Translations under genes and position numbers: made by a program | In this document: positions 23,840 through 37,838 of the stretch, one piece after another | Layout: the number at the start of each line of letters is the position of its first letter | Numbering within the stretch: position 1 is the stretch's first letter | NCBI RefSeq assembly: GCF_006345805.1 | Contig: NC_042998.1 | Coordinates: forward strand, 53,196,001 to 53,260,000 | Source: Octopus sinensis | Taxonomy: Eukaryota | Direction: 5' to 3' | Length of the DNA: 64,000 nucleotides | The notes under the pieces: generated by a model | The model's database searches: none | Seen by the model: the letters and a program-made list of their open reading frames with translations, nothing else | Told to the model about the DNA's origin: nothing

Positions 23840-24140
23840 GGAAGGCTGTGTGGTAAGTAGCTTGCTAACCACCACATGGTTCCGGGTCAGTCCCACACAT
23901 ACATATATATATATGTATGTGTGTGTATATGTTTGTGCATCTGTGTTTGTCCCTCTAGCATTGCTTGACAACCGATGCTGGTGTGTTTACGTCCCCATTA
24001 CTTAGCGGTTCGGCAAAAGAGACCGATAGATTAAGTACTGGGCTTACAAAGAATAAGTCCCGGGGTCGATTTGCTCGACTAAAGGCAGTGCACCAGCATG
24101 GCCGCAGTAAAATGACTGAAACAAGTAAAAGAGTAAAGAG
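23385..24140 (+). mobile_element. Tandem stack of three SINE A heads sharing one tail
   Basis: Head segments at ~23385-23490, 23576-23728 and 23843-23895, separated by (TA)/(TG) tracts; single tail 23940-24140. Confidence 0.8.
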
Positions 24141-24688
24141 AGTATCACGTAATGCAAATATTCTATTTTATATTTTCTTTACAGCTTGGTCCAGCTATGT
24201 TTAAAGATATTCTAGAAGTGACAATCCTGTCTCCGCGGGAGCAGTTGTAGCTACATAACCTTATGTGCCCTTCTGTTATTTAAGGTTAAGGTGTGATCTC
24301 GGAGAAATTCAGCTGCTATTTTGAGCAAAGGGATTGACTATCTTTATAATACATACATGCGTGTTTGTGTGTTTGTGTGTATGTGTTTGTGTGTTTATGT
24401 TTATGTGTGTACATGCATGTGTGTGTATGCAAGTTTGTGTGTATGTGTTTGTGTGTGTGTGTGTGTGTGTGTGCTTGTGTGCATGTATGTGTGTTTGCTT
24501 TACTGGCCTATCAACAGTGTATTTGAGTTTGTGTGTTTTTCATCTGGGTATATGTATACATACTCACCATCACAATCACCATCTTTTAATGACTGTCTTC
24601 CATGCTAGCATAGGTTGGATGGTGTAACAAGACCCTGCAGGTTGCATCGTGTATGTGCATATATGTTTATATGTAAATATATATATTT

Positions 24689-24922
24689 AAAGGTGACGAG
24701 CTGGCAGAATCATTAGCACACCGGGCGAAATGCGTAGCCGTATTTCGTCTGCCATTACGTTCTGGGTTCAAATTCTGCCGAGGTCGACTTTGCCTTTCAT
24801 CCTTTTGGGGTCGATAAATTAAGTACCAGTTACGCACTGGGGGTTGATCTAATCGACTTAATGCATTTGTCTGTCCTTGTTTGTCCCCTCTGGATTTAGC
24901 CCCTTGTGGGTAGTAAAGAAAT
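24689..24922 (+). mobile_element. SINE B, long-tail variant (copies at 33692-33930 minus, 41862-42095, 48110-48335 minus)
   Basis: aagg(c/t)g(g/a)cgagctggcagaa...gttcaaatt..gaggtcgactttgcctttcatcc...agccccttgtgggtagtaaagaaata. Confidence 0.9.
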
Positions 24923-26137
24923 ATATATATGCACATATGCATGCATGTGTGTGTGTGTGTTCATATTTACCTCTAGCATAAAAGGGACTGATTACTTCTG
25001 GTCATCATGTCTGAGGAGTAGTCAATATTGCCAAGTTCAGCAGTCAACACAAAACCATTGTTAATATTTTGACTAATTAAGGCAGCAAGCTGGCAGACTC
25101 GTTAATGTACTGGGCAAAATGCTAAGCAGCTTTTCATGTTTTTATATTCTGAGTTCAAATGCCGCTGGGGTCGACTTTGCCATTTATCCTTTCAGGGTGG
25201 AACTCTGGGGTCAATGTAATCAAGTTACCCACCACCCCAAAACTGCTAGCCTTGTGCCAAAATTTGAAGCCGAGATTTTGAACAGTAACATGTCATAAGC
25301 CGGAATATATTGATCAACTAATATATATATATATATTTTAAAGTATATAATTATAAAAATATAATTATAATTAAGGGTGCTGATATAATCATCTTAATGA
25401 TTTTATCCTCAGTTGATAAGTATATATATGTATGTGTGTGTGTATGTATATATATATATGTATATATATATGTGTATATATATATGTGTATATATATATA
25501 TGTGTATATATATATATGTGTATATATATATGTATATATAATATGTATATATATATATATGTATATATATATATGACAGGTGATGTAGACAGCAACCAGA
25601 TGTATTAGTATAACACTGAGGAAGTGAAAAAGTCTTTAATGTTTCGAGCCTACGATCTTCCACAGTAAGGAACACAGAAAGAAACAAGGAGAGAAAATAA
25701 AGAGAGTACATATATATATATATATCATCATCATCATTTAATGTCCATTTTCCATGCTGGCATGGGTTGGACAGTTTGACGAGAGCTGACCAGCTGAAGG
25801 GCTGTTTAGGCTCCATGTCTGTTTTGGCATGGTTTCTACACCTTGATACCCTTCCTAAATGCTGGGGCACTGCTTTGAAGAACTTTAGTCAAATGAATCA
25901 ATCCCAGTACTTATATAATTCTTTTAAACATTGTATTTATTCTGTCAGCCTCATTTGCCAAACTGACAAGTGACAAGGATGCAAATACATCAACTCACAT
26001 TCCATGCTTTTTGTATGCAAACTGGCAGAGCTCACTCTGAGCACTTGGACACAGGCCAAAATGACTGGGAGGTGGACATGATACCACAACACAGTGACAG
26101 AAGACAAACACAAAAATACACACACACACACACACAA

Positions 26138-26180
<43 letters not shown>

Positions 26181-26231
26181 TTTGTTGTGCAAGATTTTAT
26201 TGGCTAAACTGCAAAATGACCATTCCGAAAT

Positions 26232-26283
<52 letters not shown>

Positions 26284-27419
26284 TACAAGCTTCTTTCAGA
26301 CTCCATCAACCAAATCCACTCACAAGGATTTGGTCAGCTTGGGGTAACAATAGAACTCATTTGTTGAAGGTACCACACAGTGGGACCAAACCCAGAACCA
26401 TGTGGTTGGGAAGCACAATTCTTACCAAACTTTTTCCTATATCAGAGACAATGAATTATCATTCGAGCATGTAAGTGATGTTATCTCTGGACAGATACTG
26501 CAGTTACGGCCTATTAACAGTGTATGTGAATATACACTTAGTATGATACATAAACAGATATTTTAATTAAATGCTGCCTCAATTGCAAATACCAGTTCTT
26601 TTGTTTAAATTTTATTTGCTTGTGATTGTAGTTGACTGCACAATTGATAGAGTGCAAGACAGAACCCCAGGTGACATTTAGTTAAGTCCTTTAACACTCT
26701 TAATTCAAACTGCAATAAAATATAGAACCATTCAAAAAAGTACTTGAATCAGTTTAATCACTGACCAATTTTTGATTTTGAACCTAGTCGAGATATCATT
26801 GTTTAAGGAGGTGTGTGGCTTAGTGGTTAGGGTGTTGGACTCAGGAATGTAAGATTGTGGCTTTGATTCCTAAACCAGATGATGCGTTGTGTTCTTGAGC
26901 AACACACTCACTTCATATTGCTCCAGTCCACTCAGCTGTAGAAATGAGTACCACTAGTGGAGGTACGTTGCTTAGTGGCTAGTGTGTTGGATTCATGACC
27001 ATAAGATTGTGGTTTCGATCCCTGGACCAGGCAATCCATTGTGTTCTTGAGCAAAACACTTCCTTTCACATTGTTCCTGTCCACTTAGCTGTAGAAATGA
27101 GTTTAGCTTGGAGAGGGATGGGCTCTGCCAGGCTTTCGAGTTGGAGATACACCGCATGACTGCAGTGCCCCCAACGGCCCCCAAGGGGTTAAGGAATTTG
27201 TCACTGTCATTGTTTATATGCTTATCTGTTTATTTACTTTTCAATTGTGTTAGCATGAATATGGTTTTTGTATGCACTGTGTTTGCTATAATATTTGTTC
27301 AGTGAAAATGTGGATGTGGTGAAAAAATAACTTTCCAGCAGACTGGCTTTGTTGGACTTTACTGGAAGGAATCAGACTGCTTCAAGGTGGGGGGAAGGGA
27401 AGAGAGAGAACAAATTAGG

Positions 27420-27930
27420 GGGCGGGACAGGGAGGAAAGAGAAGCAGGAGAGACAGAGAAAAAGCAAGAGGGAAAGGGAGAAAGAAAGAAAGAAAGAAAG
27501 AAAGAAATGAACAAAATAACAAACTGATGAAATAAACAAACAAACAAACAAATGAACAAAGAAAAATAAAAACAAAATAGAAACAAGTAAAATAACAAAC
27601 CAACAAAAGAAAGAAAAACAAAGAAAGAAAGAAATAAACAAAAATGAAAGAAAGAAGGAAAGAGAGAAACAAACAAACAAGGAAAGAAAGAAACAAGGAA
27701 TGAAAGAAAATAAAGAAGTGTAAAACAGTGACAAAGAAATGAAGAAAAGAATGAAGGGAAGAAACAAGAAGAAAAAGACAGAAATAAAGAAGGAAAGACA
27801 GAAATAAAGATGAAGGAAAAACAAAGGGAGACAGAAAGAAAGACGAAGAAAAACAAGGAGAGACAGATAGAAAGACGAAGAAAAACAAGGAGAGACAGAA
27901 CCGAAGGAAACGAAGAAAGAGGAAATGCAA
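27420..27930. repeat. Purine-rich low-complexity tract (GAAA/CAAA-like)
   Basis: About 500 bp of mostly A/G; includes a ~30-bp direct repeat agaaagacgaagaaaaacaaggagagacaga. Source of the three F/L/S-rich ORFs. Confidence 0.9.
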
Positions 27931-29439
27931 CAGCCATAGAAACCAGTGGAATACACCAACAGCCATAAGCATGACTAATTCAGGAATCTATTTCTTGCCA
28001 GTCAACTGGGCATGGTGAGGAGTAACTGTAAATCAACATAACAAAAAGTTCAAAGTTATTTTCAATACAAAGTGAAGTATTCTTTTTCTCTTAGAGTTAT
28101 TCTGTGACATATGACCTATCCTATTCTTCATCCTATTGTAATGCAGGTCTAACAAGTTTATTTTGTGATATTCCATTGATGTCATTTCCGAATATTAAAA
28201 ATAATAATAATGATAATAATAATAATAATAATGATAATGAAAAAAAAAATGTTGCACACATGCATGCGTGCACATACATACATACATATATACATACATA
28301 CAACCACATACAGTCACACAACGAAATAATAAACAGCTAAAAGCATTCTAGGGAATTTTTAAAACATTCACAAATACAATCAATTGTTTTACATGTAAAT
28401 TCGTGTACTCACACACACACACACACACACACATATATACATACAAATACACACACACACACACACACATATATACATACAAATACACACACACACACAC
28501 ACATACAAATACACACACACACATATATATATATATATAGATATATATAAACACACACATATAGCCATATACTTACAAGTAAACATACATACAAAGATAT
28601 ACACATACATGCATATTCACTTGCACATACCTACATATATATATACACACACACATATATACATTTATATACATACATACATACATGTACATGTATATAC
28701 ACACATTCATATATACATGCATTTATATGCATACCTACATGTACATAGACATGCATACAAATATATACACATATATACATATTCACTTATACACACACAT
28801 ACATGCATACATACATAGATACATACGTACATACATACATACATACATACATACACACATACATACATACATACACACACACATACACACACACACATGT
28901 GTGTTTCATTTTGTTGTACAAAAAAATAAAACAAGGAAAAAAAGTTCTCAATGCATTCCTGTCTTAAAAGTGTGTACAGACTGGTGTATATATTTGTTCA
29001 TAACTAAGGTAAATATAATTACATATCCGAACCGGGATTTCACACAGTCGGCCTTCCGGTCAAATGTACACTTCAGTGGATTGAAAAGATAATGTAACCA
29101 CAGAATAGGTTTGTAATTCTGTTTGCTTTGTGTGTGAATAAGCACACATGCAAACATACATGAGCACACATCACACAGCAACAGACACACATATACACAC
29201 GGTCATATACATACTCTCATATACACACAAACTCACACACACACATACATACATATATATAACCAACCATATACATGCACATCCAAATACACACATATAC
29301 ATATACCCATATACATACAAACTTATGCACACATATACATATACCTATGTACATACACATACAAACACACACACATACTCATATTCAAACACACACACAT
29401 AAATAAACTCAGACATTCACATATAAATGCATGTGTGTG

Positions 29440-29471
<32 letters not shown>

Positions 29472-30224
29472 CGTGTGTGTGTGTGCGTGTGTGTGTGTAT
29501 ATATATGTATATATATGCCCATATATATATATATATATATACACACACAAGTAGTGGCTGTGTGGTAAGTAGCTTGCTTACCAGCCATATGGTTCCGGGT
29601 TCAGTCCTACTGCAGGCCACTTTGGGCAAGTGACTTCTACTATAGCCTCGAGCCAACCAAAGCCCTGTGAGTTGATCTAGTAGATAGAAACTGAAACAAG
29701 CCTGCCATGTATATATCTATATGTGTGTGTATGTGTGTGTGTGTATGTATGTATGTATGTATGTGCATGTACATGCTTGTGTGTATGTGTTTGTCCACCC
29801 AACATCACTTGACAACCGGTGCTGGTGCATTTACATCCCCATAAGAGGAGACTGACTGAATAAGTACTAGGCTTACAAAGAATAAGTCCTGGGGTCGATT
29901 TGCTCGACTAAAGGTGGTGCTCCAGCATGGCCGCAGTCAAATGACTGAAACAAGTAAAAGAATAAAAGAATATACACACACACACACACATGTATACATA
30001 CATTCATATTATATACACATACTCACACATACACATATGCAATTGGCACTTATTCAACTATACATCTCCATGCATATAAATGCATATATATATATATATT
30101 CATACAATTATGGACATACACACACAATTACATAAAAATAAATACATTTATCTAAATGTTCATACTCACAACTACATAAATATATACTGACTTTCTTACT
30201 CGCACACACAAACACGCATCATGC

Positions 30225-30480
30225 TACATCTTGAAAGTAAAGCCGAACAGTATAATGGATAAGACAATGATACTCTCAGACCCCATGATGCAACTAAAAA
30301 TGTTGATTATGCCAGACATCTGTGCAAGACATTTACACATGTGATCAGCAGTTGCCCAAAAATTCCATCAATGTATTTGTGCCCCCCATTTCTGACATGA
30401 TGCTGTGTTGCTAAAATAATATACAATGCTATTTGTAAAAGACACTGCTCTAAGGTAAATGTAGACATTGTCCCTGGTCT
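30225..30480 (+). mobile_element. R4-like non-LTR fragment (CCHC zinc knuckle region)
   Basis: KC*LCQTSVQDI..HVISSCPK...HDAV..KIIYNAICK, i.e. CxxC-H-C followed by an (R)HD motif. Confidence 0.6.
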
Positions 30481-30486
30481 TAAAGG

Positions 30487-30858
30487 TATCGTATATACCC
30501 GTGGATAGATCGCAATTTTTTTTACTAAAGATTTTGATAAAAATCAGGGGTGCAACCTATCCACTCAATATCACAGGGATCTGAAGAAGATGGTGGCATT
30601 TCAGTTGCTGAGTTGATTTATTAATTAGACTACTTTCATAAAGTCATTTCTTCAAAAATGTTTTAATATTTGTATGCAAAATTTTTAATATAAAGATGAA
30701 TATTTGATAATATTTAACAAATATTAGTTATATTTATGCTATATAAGGGCCATTATAACTCCCCAGATTATAGTGCAACCTATCTGCAAGTCACCTGCAA
30801 ACACTTTCTTTGACAACCCCAAACTAAGGGGGCAACCTATCTGCTAGTATATACGGTA
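30487..30858. mobile_element. Tc1/mariner-superfamily non-autonomous DNA transposon
   Basis: TIRs tatcgtatataccc..gatag / ctatc..agtatatacggta with TA ends and internal repeats gcaacctatc. Confidence 0.7.
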
Positions 30859-31843
30859 TACATATATAACAACATAGAGAATATTATTCTTTTACTTGTT
30901 TCAGTCATTTGACTGTGACCATGCTGGAGCACTGCATTGAAGGGTTTTAGTTGGATAAATCAACCCCAGGACTAAGTTTTTTTAAGCTAAGTATTTATTC
31001 TATTGGTCTTTTTGTTGAACTGTCAAGTTACAGGGGCATAAACACACCAATACTGGCTGTCAAGCAGTGATGGGGGTACAAACAGATACAATGATACACA
31101 CACAGTTATATATATATATATATATATATAGATAGATAGATAGATAGATACATACATACATACATACAAATGTACATACATGCATATATATACATATGTA
31201 TATATATAACAGGCATCTTTCAGTTTCAGTCTACCAAACTCACTCACAAAGCTTTGGTCGATCTGAGACTATAGAAGACACTTGCCTAAGGTGCCACACA
31301 CTGGCACTAAACTTGGAACCAGATGTTTGGGAAGTGAGTGTCTTGCCACACAACCACGCTAGTGGAATATTTTCATTAAAAATATTTCAAAGAGCAAACA
31401 TTGCACCTTGATATAGCTGTTTGTATGCATTTTCATGAGGCTATCTACATATATAAACAAATATATTCATATGCATTCACGTACGCATGCATTTAATAAC
31501 ATACATAAACAAACTGATAAATCTATGTAAATATACACATTTAAGGACATATGTGTGTGTGTGTATGTATGGGTGTATGTATGTATGTATTTGCATGTGT
31601 GCACATGCACACATACATACTGTCTGAATAAAGTCAGTGAAATGAAACTTGAAGTAGCAGTCTATTCTTATGTACAATGAATTTTACAATACAACCAGTA
31701 TTGAATCCTTTATTCACTAGAAAGTTATAATTATTTCTCGTTTAATAGTACTAATTTTAATTTATGCATCATTTCTAACATGAGGCCCCAGAAATTTTGA
31801 GGAGAGGTGTCAATCAATTATATTAACCTTAAAGACTGATACT

Positions 31844-32114
31844 TTAACCCTTTTAGCATTTAAACCAGCCATATAGCGGTGCCCCAGCATGGCCACAGCT
31901 TGTGAGCTGAAACTAGATAAAAATAAATAAATAAAAATATCCAGCCAACTCTTCTATTGGCTTTATATTCAAATTGGCCAGATCCAGCCTCTCACACATA
32001 CTCTACAATGTTATTCTGTCAGAATCTCAAAGCTATGAGATAAGGCAGTATTAATTCAAAACAATGTGAGTAAATATTATATTTGACAGATTAATCTGAA
32101 TATTAAAGGGTTAA
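31844..32114. mobile_element. piggyBac-like MITE family (copies at ~12668-13265, 35125-35942 interrupted, 42542-42735, 51817-52043)
   Basis: Ends ttaaccc(t)tttagcatt ... aat(g)(c)taaagggttaa, i.e. TTAA plus CCC termini; conserved body ggccagatccagcctctcacac. Confidence 0.7.
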
Positions 32115-32697
32115 TTTACCAACCCCAGAAAAGATAAAAGATAAGATTGACTTCAGCAGCATTAGCAAGTAAAGAACGGAAACAAATTCTGCATTTCCCC
32201 CCAACAGTCTAACAATTCAGCCATCTTTTGTCCCAAGCTAGTCCATTAATTAATAACGTCTATGCTGTGCGAAGTGTTGATGTGTCATCCTACCAGCAGA
32301 AAGCTTGTATCCTCATTCAAATGCTATATTCAGAATGTCTGTAATGGGCACTGAAAATTTTATGAACCAGTTTATCCAGCTTATTATAAATATGTTATTG
32401 CTATTGTTGTTGTTTAGCCTCAGGTCAGTTCTGACTGAGAAAACCTAAGATGAAAGGCACTCCAATCATGACTACACCCCATGTTTATCTTGTATGTGGG
32501 GGAAACCAAAGACCATGTTATCTAGTGTGTCCTTTTCTCTTTTTTTTTTTCACACTTTACAAGACATGATTTATGGAGGATTTGTTTGATATATCTCGCA
32601 TGTTGAGTAGCCATGTAAAGATTCTGTCATAGTCTCCTATGTAAATGAGTAAACTGAGTAGGTTACAGGATTCCTCTATAATCTCTTGTAGCACAGC

Positions 32698-32706
32698 AAT
32701 AATAAC

Positions 32707-32741
<35 letters not shown>

Positions 32742-32880
32742 CAATAATAATAATAATAATAACAATAACAATAACAATAATAATAATAATAATAATAACA
32801 ATAATAATAATAATAATAATAATAACAATAACAATAAAAATAATAATAATAATAATAACAATAATAATAATAATAATAAA
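32698..32880. repeat. Long (AAT/AAC)n microsatellite
   Basis: About 180 bp of AAT with interspersed AAC; source of the poly-I/L/Y ORFs. Confidence 0.95.
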
Positions 32881-33144
32881 AATATTCCTTTCTTCTATTG
32901 GCATAAGGCACGTAACACCATCCGAGCTCGTTACATCAACCCCAATGTTCAATTAGTATTTATTTTATTAACTGCAAAAGGATGAAAGGTAAAATCAACT
33001 TTGGTGGTATTTGAACTCAGAATCTAAAGATGGAGGAAAATACCACTAAACATTTTGTCTGATGTGCTAATGATTCTGGCCACCTCACTAATGATAATAA
33101 TAATAATAATAATAACAATAATAATAATAATAATAATAATAATG

Positions 33145-33628
33145 AACTGACAGAAAGATAGATGCAAATAGGCCAGACATCATATTGAAAGAATTCAGAC
33201 AAGAAACATGCCTCCTCATTAATATGACTGTCCCAATCGATATAAACGTAGATGTCAAGACCTACCAAAAAACTGAGCAAATATAAAGATCTTGAAATAG
33301 AAATCAGCAAAATGTGGAACCTGAAGACTAAAACAATACCTGTTGTCATAGGTGCCCTGGGAATGATAGCAAAAGGAGCTGATTGCTACCTAACTCAGAT
33401 ATCAGGAAACCCAAAAATGGCAGAAATTCATAAGATAGTGTTCATGGGAACTGCTCATATCCTACGCAAAATACTTTCTATGAAATCTCAAGTTTTAAAA
33501 CAAACATAATTTTCGTATGGTTTTTTAGACATTCACTAGTACAACACTCAGTATAAAACCAAATGTATGGCATCCTAGGCATAATACCAACATGAACTTT
33601 GAGGTCTCTGGGTGAGACTTGGAGCCAA
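33145..33628 (+). mobile_element. 5'-truncated Dong/R4-clade retrotransposon: REL endonuclease domain and 3' UTR
   Basis: TDRKIDANRPDIILKEFRQETCLLINMTVPIDINV / KLSKYKDLEIEISKMWNLKTKTIPVVIGALG...GTAHILRKILSM (RPD..D..P..K..KY motif, one frameshift); directly preceded by (AAT)n. Confidence 0.9.
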
Positions 33629-34149
33629 CTTGAAAGGCGAAGTCAACCTTGGTGGAATTTGAACTCAGAACAGAGTGATAAGTGAAATGCCTATTTCTTT
33701 ACTACCCACAAGGGGCTAAAAATAGAGGGGACAAACAAGGACAGACAAACAGATTAAGTCGATTACATCAACCCAACCCGAGTGCGTAACTGGTATTTAA
33801 TTTAACGACCCCAAAAGGATGAAAGGCAAAGTCAACCTCGGTGGCATTTGAACTCAGAACGTAACGGCAGACGAAATACGGCTACACATTTTGCCCGGCA
33901 TGCTAACGATTCTGCCAGCTCGCTGCCTTTGATAATAATAATAATGGTTTCAAATTTTGGCTCACGACCAACAATTCTGGGGGAGTGGGTAAGTTGATAT
34001 TTTATTAACCCCAAAATGATGAAAGGCAAAGTCAACCATGCCAGAATTTGAACTCAGAACATAAAGATGGACAAAAATACCGCAAAGCATTTAGTCCAGC
34101 ATGCTAAAGATTCTGCCAGTTCACCACCTTTCATAATAATAATAATCTC

Positions 34150-34760
34150 CACCACTACATCATCACTATTAACTGTGTGCCTGCTCTGTCACAACAAAGA
34201 AAACAGGGGAATATGACCTAATATCATGCAAAGTGGAGCAATCTTAAGGAAGTGTACACATGGAGGCATAATCAAGCACTTAAAGAGATTGCACAAATGA
34301 TTTGTACTATGAGATGAAAGATTATACCACCAGAAGCTCCATCAAAGTTCTACATGGCAGACTTGTGATAAAGAATCATATGTACGGGGTATATTGAATG
34401 GAGAGAAGGACTGGGAGTACACAGCAAGGAAAAATTTATCAGAAATCATAAAGAGTGATTTGAGATTCATTTTTTCATTTTCATCAAAACAAGTGATTCT
34501 GACTGAACTCACTGTTCCATATAAAAACAGAATAAAAGAAACCACATCTACAAGATTGAGAGGTAGGCCAGTTTAACTTGAGAGAATCTGGCTCCTAAAC
34601 CCAATCCTCACTACAGAGATGGTAACGAGTGAGTTTGCAAGCCAGTCTAGTGATAATCACATAGAAACAACTCTCAATTTCTCAGGAGAAAGAGGAGCAG
34701 AACCCTCAAGACAATGGTAGAAGTAGCCAAAAGAATTTTGAGTGGTCAAGGACTAATGAA
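34150..34760 (+). mobile_element. Degenerate HERO-like (REL-type) non-LTR C-terminal fragment
   Basis: YTWRHNQALKEIA and SDLRFIFSFSSKQVILTELTVPYKNRIKE resemble the YTWRH(N/D) and RPD...ELTVPWE motifs. Confidence 0.7.
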
Positions 34761-35259
34761 AATGAGTTTAGCCCTCTTTTAATTTATGTTTAGAAAAGAA
34801 AACTGTATCTCTTATCTTTAGTCCACTCACAAAGCATAAATAAACATTTTACCTGAAGACTTTTAGAAACTTCCAAAGTTTTTCTTTCTTTCAAACACTT
34901 AAAACTGATATTTGTTTCTAACATAGCCTCAGAGAATTTTGTATAGATCTATTAAATAAGCCTTAGTACTTGATTGGTGCTTACTTTAACAACTCTGGGA
35001 GATTAAAAGTAAAGCTGACTGTTAAGATTTGAGCTTAAATTGTGAAGTGATATAATTAAGTACCACAAGGTATTTTTGCCTGTTGCTCCACAGTTCAACC
35101 AATCCACCACAAACAGTCACACTTTAACCTTTTAGCATTTAAATCGGCCATATCCAGCCCAAATATTCTATTTGTTTTATGTTCAAACCAGCCAGATCCA
35201 GCCTTTCACACCTATCCAATAATATCCTTCTAAAAATAAACAATGTTATAATCGAAATA

Positions 35260-35875
35260 AATAGTAATAATAATAATCATAATAATAACGAAATTATTGT
35301 ATACAGTGCTCAGGTGCACCTCAACTTGTCAAAAGTGCATATAAAGCATATGCAGTAATGTACAAATGTACAAAGTGTATGAGTCAGATACATGGTTGCG
35401 TGTGTATGGCGAAGAGAAAATCAGGTGTAGTGTTGGCGAATCTCAGGAAGCATGGAAGTTTTTAAGTTATGCAGTGCTCTGACAACTAACAACTGATACC
35501 GGCAGTTTGTTCCATACTTCAGCAACTCTTAGCGTGAAAAAATGTTTCCGAAAGTCATGGGAGCTGTGCTGTTTTCTGACTTTGTAAACATGTCCATGGG
35601 TGTTAGACAGATGGAGTTTGAAAAGGTGCTCAGAGTTATTGTTAGTAAGATGGTTAATAATTTTATAAGTGTCTGCCAAGTCAGCTGCCAGACGTCGGAG
35701 TTTCAATGTATCCATGCCCAGAGAAGTAAGGTGTTCAGAATATGGCAAATGCCTGATAGAGGGCATTCTCTTGGTTGCACATCGCAGATCGGCTTCCAGA
35801 TGATTAATATCCTGGGCAAGATAGGGGTTCCAGACCGGTGATGCAAATTCCAGGTGAGGCCACACCATAGCTATA
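35260..35875 (-). mobile_element. 5'-truncated CR1-group LINE (RT C-terminus, 3' UTR, (ATT)n tail) inserted in a piggyBac-like MITE
   Basis: VWPHLEFASPVWNPYLAQDINHLE...LKLRRLAADL...RKHFFTLRVAEVWNKLP; flanks 35125-35258 and 35878-35942 reconstitute the MITE. Confidence 0.92.
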
Positions 35876-37712
35876 TCAGGAAGCTATGAAATAACGCATG
35901 ATTAATAAATTTGACAGAGTAATCTGAATGCTAAAGGGTTAAATCACAATTAATATGACTGGAAGTAAGAAGAAAGCTGCAAGGATTCTGCACCAGCAAT
36001 ACATTTCATTCATCATCATTTTGAGTGCAAATTCTGTCAAGTTTGTCTTTGTCTCGTTGGATGTCAGTAAAATATCAGCTAGTTACATTCAGTGTTGACT
36101 AAATTATGAACATTGGTAACAAGCCAATATTGACAGTGTGCACTTCACTAGATTTGTCCATGCTTCCATAGTCTAAACATAAATATTTTCTTGTTTCAAC
36201 AAATGAAAGAGAAAAAGTGAGGCAGACAAATAGAGAAAGAGAGTGTGTGTGAGAGAGAGAGACAAAGACAGATAGATACAAAGACAAAGATGGAGCACAG
36301 TGAGAGGACTAGAATGAGAAAATAGAAAAGAATTTGGAATATATATATATATACTTTTGCAAAAGAAAATCATTTGATTAGATCTGAACAAAATTCTGTG
36401 ACATTTGAAAGCTTTAACTGAGATTGTTAATAATTCCACTCCATACTCTGTGTGTGAGTGCGTGTGTGTGTGTGTGTGCAAGAATGTACCTTCACAGAAA
36501 AAATTTTTGTGATAGAGAAAACACATATTCAACTCTGCAAAGTAAAGGTTGACTAAAACATGGGGAAGTTTGTTAAAAAATTTTTTTTTAATTATAAAAA
36601 AAAAATCAATAAATCTGAGCATATCCAACCTTTTCTTTTTTTAATGATAACATGGAGGATACAGGTTTTAAGTATGAAATAGCAAATATTTGCACTGTTG
36701 CTCACAGAATATAATATACATTTTATAAATTATAAAAATATAATTCTGAAAATACTTTTAATAAACTATTTACTTTGATAAAATATAAACCAAAAGAAAA
36801 CAAGAGCAAAATATTTTTCACTCCTCTATTTAATTCTTAATTGTCATTTGTTAAATTCCTTTTAAAGTGAAGAATTTAAACTAACCATATTTACCCCAAA
36901 TATTCTATTTATTTTATGTTCAGTCTGGCCAGATCTGGCCTTACTCACTTATTTTACAATATCATTCTAAAAATAAACAATCACATCATTGAAATCTTGA
37001 AGCTATGAGATAATACATTTGTGTGTGTGTGTGCATCCTCCACTACCTATTGACAAATGGTGTTGGACTGGTTACATCCCCATAAATTTGTGATTCAGTA
37101 AAAGAAACTGACAGAGTAAGTATGGGGTCAATTTGTTTGTCTAAACACTCGGCTGCAGTTCAATGATTGAAACAAGTAAAAGAAAAAAAAAACGATAAAA
37201 ATTTAACAAAGATATAGATTTAAGATGAACTCACTAATTATACTCCATTATGTGCAAATATGTGAATATAATATGGTGTTATTGATGATGTTGGGAAATC
37301 TTGTTTGGGCAGACTGTCAGCATGTAAGTAGTCAGTCAATGACCTGCTGTAATCAATACATCTGGTACTAAGGATAAACATTGCCTCCAGCAACTTTGCA
37401 ACCACACTGAGCACTCCAACATACTGCTGTGGTTTAGAATCAGATCAATTCTGATCAAACAGACTTATGATTAAAAGCATTCCTGCCTTGACTATCCAGC
37501 TAAATTTTCAGGCATTGAAAATGTGAATGGACTTGGTTGACAGAAGATGAAAGAAGCTACTTGTAGGCGCAGATATGGCTGTGTGGTAAGAAGTTCGTTT
37601 CCCAACCACAGGATTCTGGGTTCAGTCCTAATGCATGGCACCTTGGCCAAATGTCTTCTACAACAGCTTTGTGAGTGGACTTGGTAGACAGAAACTAAAA
37701 GAGGCCTGTCAT

Positions 37713-37746
<34 letters not shown>

Positions 37747-37838
37747 CAATTTATATAAATAAGGATACGATCGTTATTTAAATATTGAACTTATCAAGTG
37801 GCCAGCATGGGAATAAAACCTTCAAAGGTAACAATTAT

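Noticed and set aside
27359-27972. Three 185-195 aa hydrophobic ORFs
   Set aside because: They are the antisense of a purine-rich low-complexity tract.
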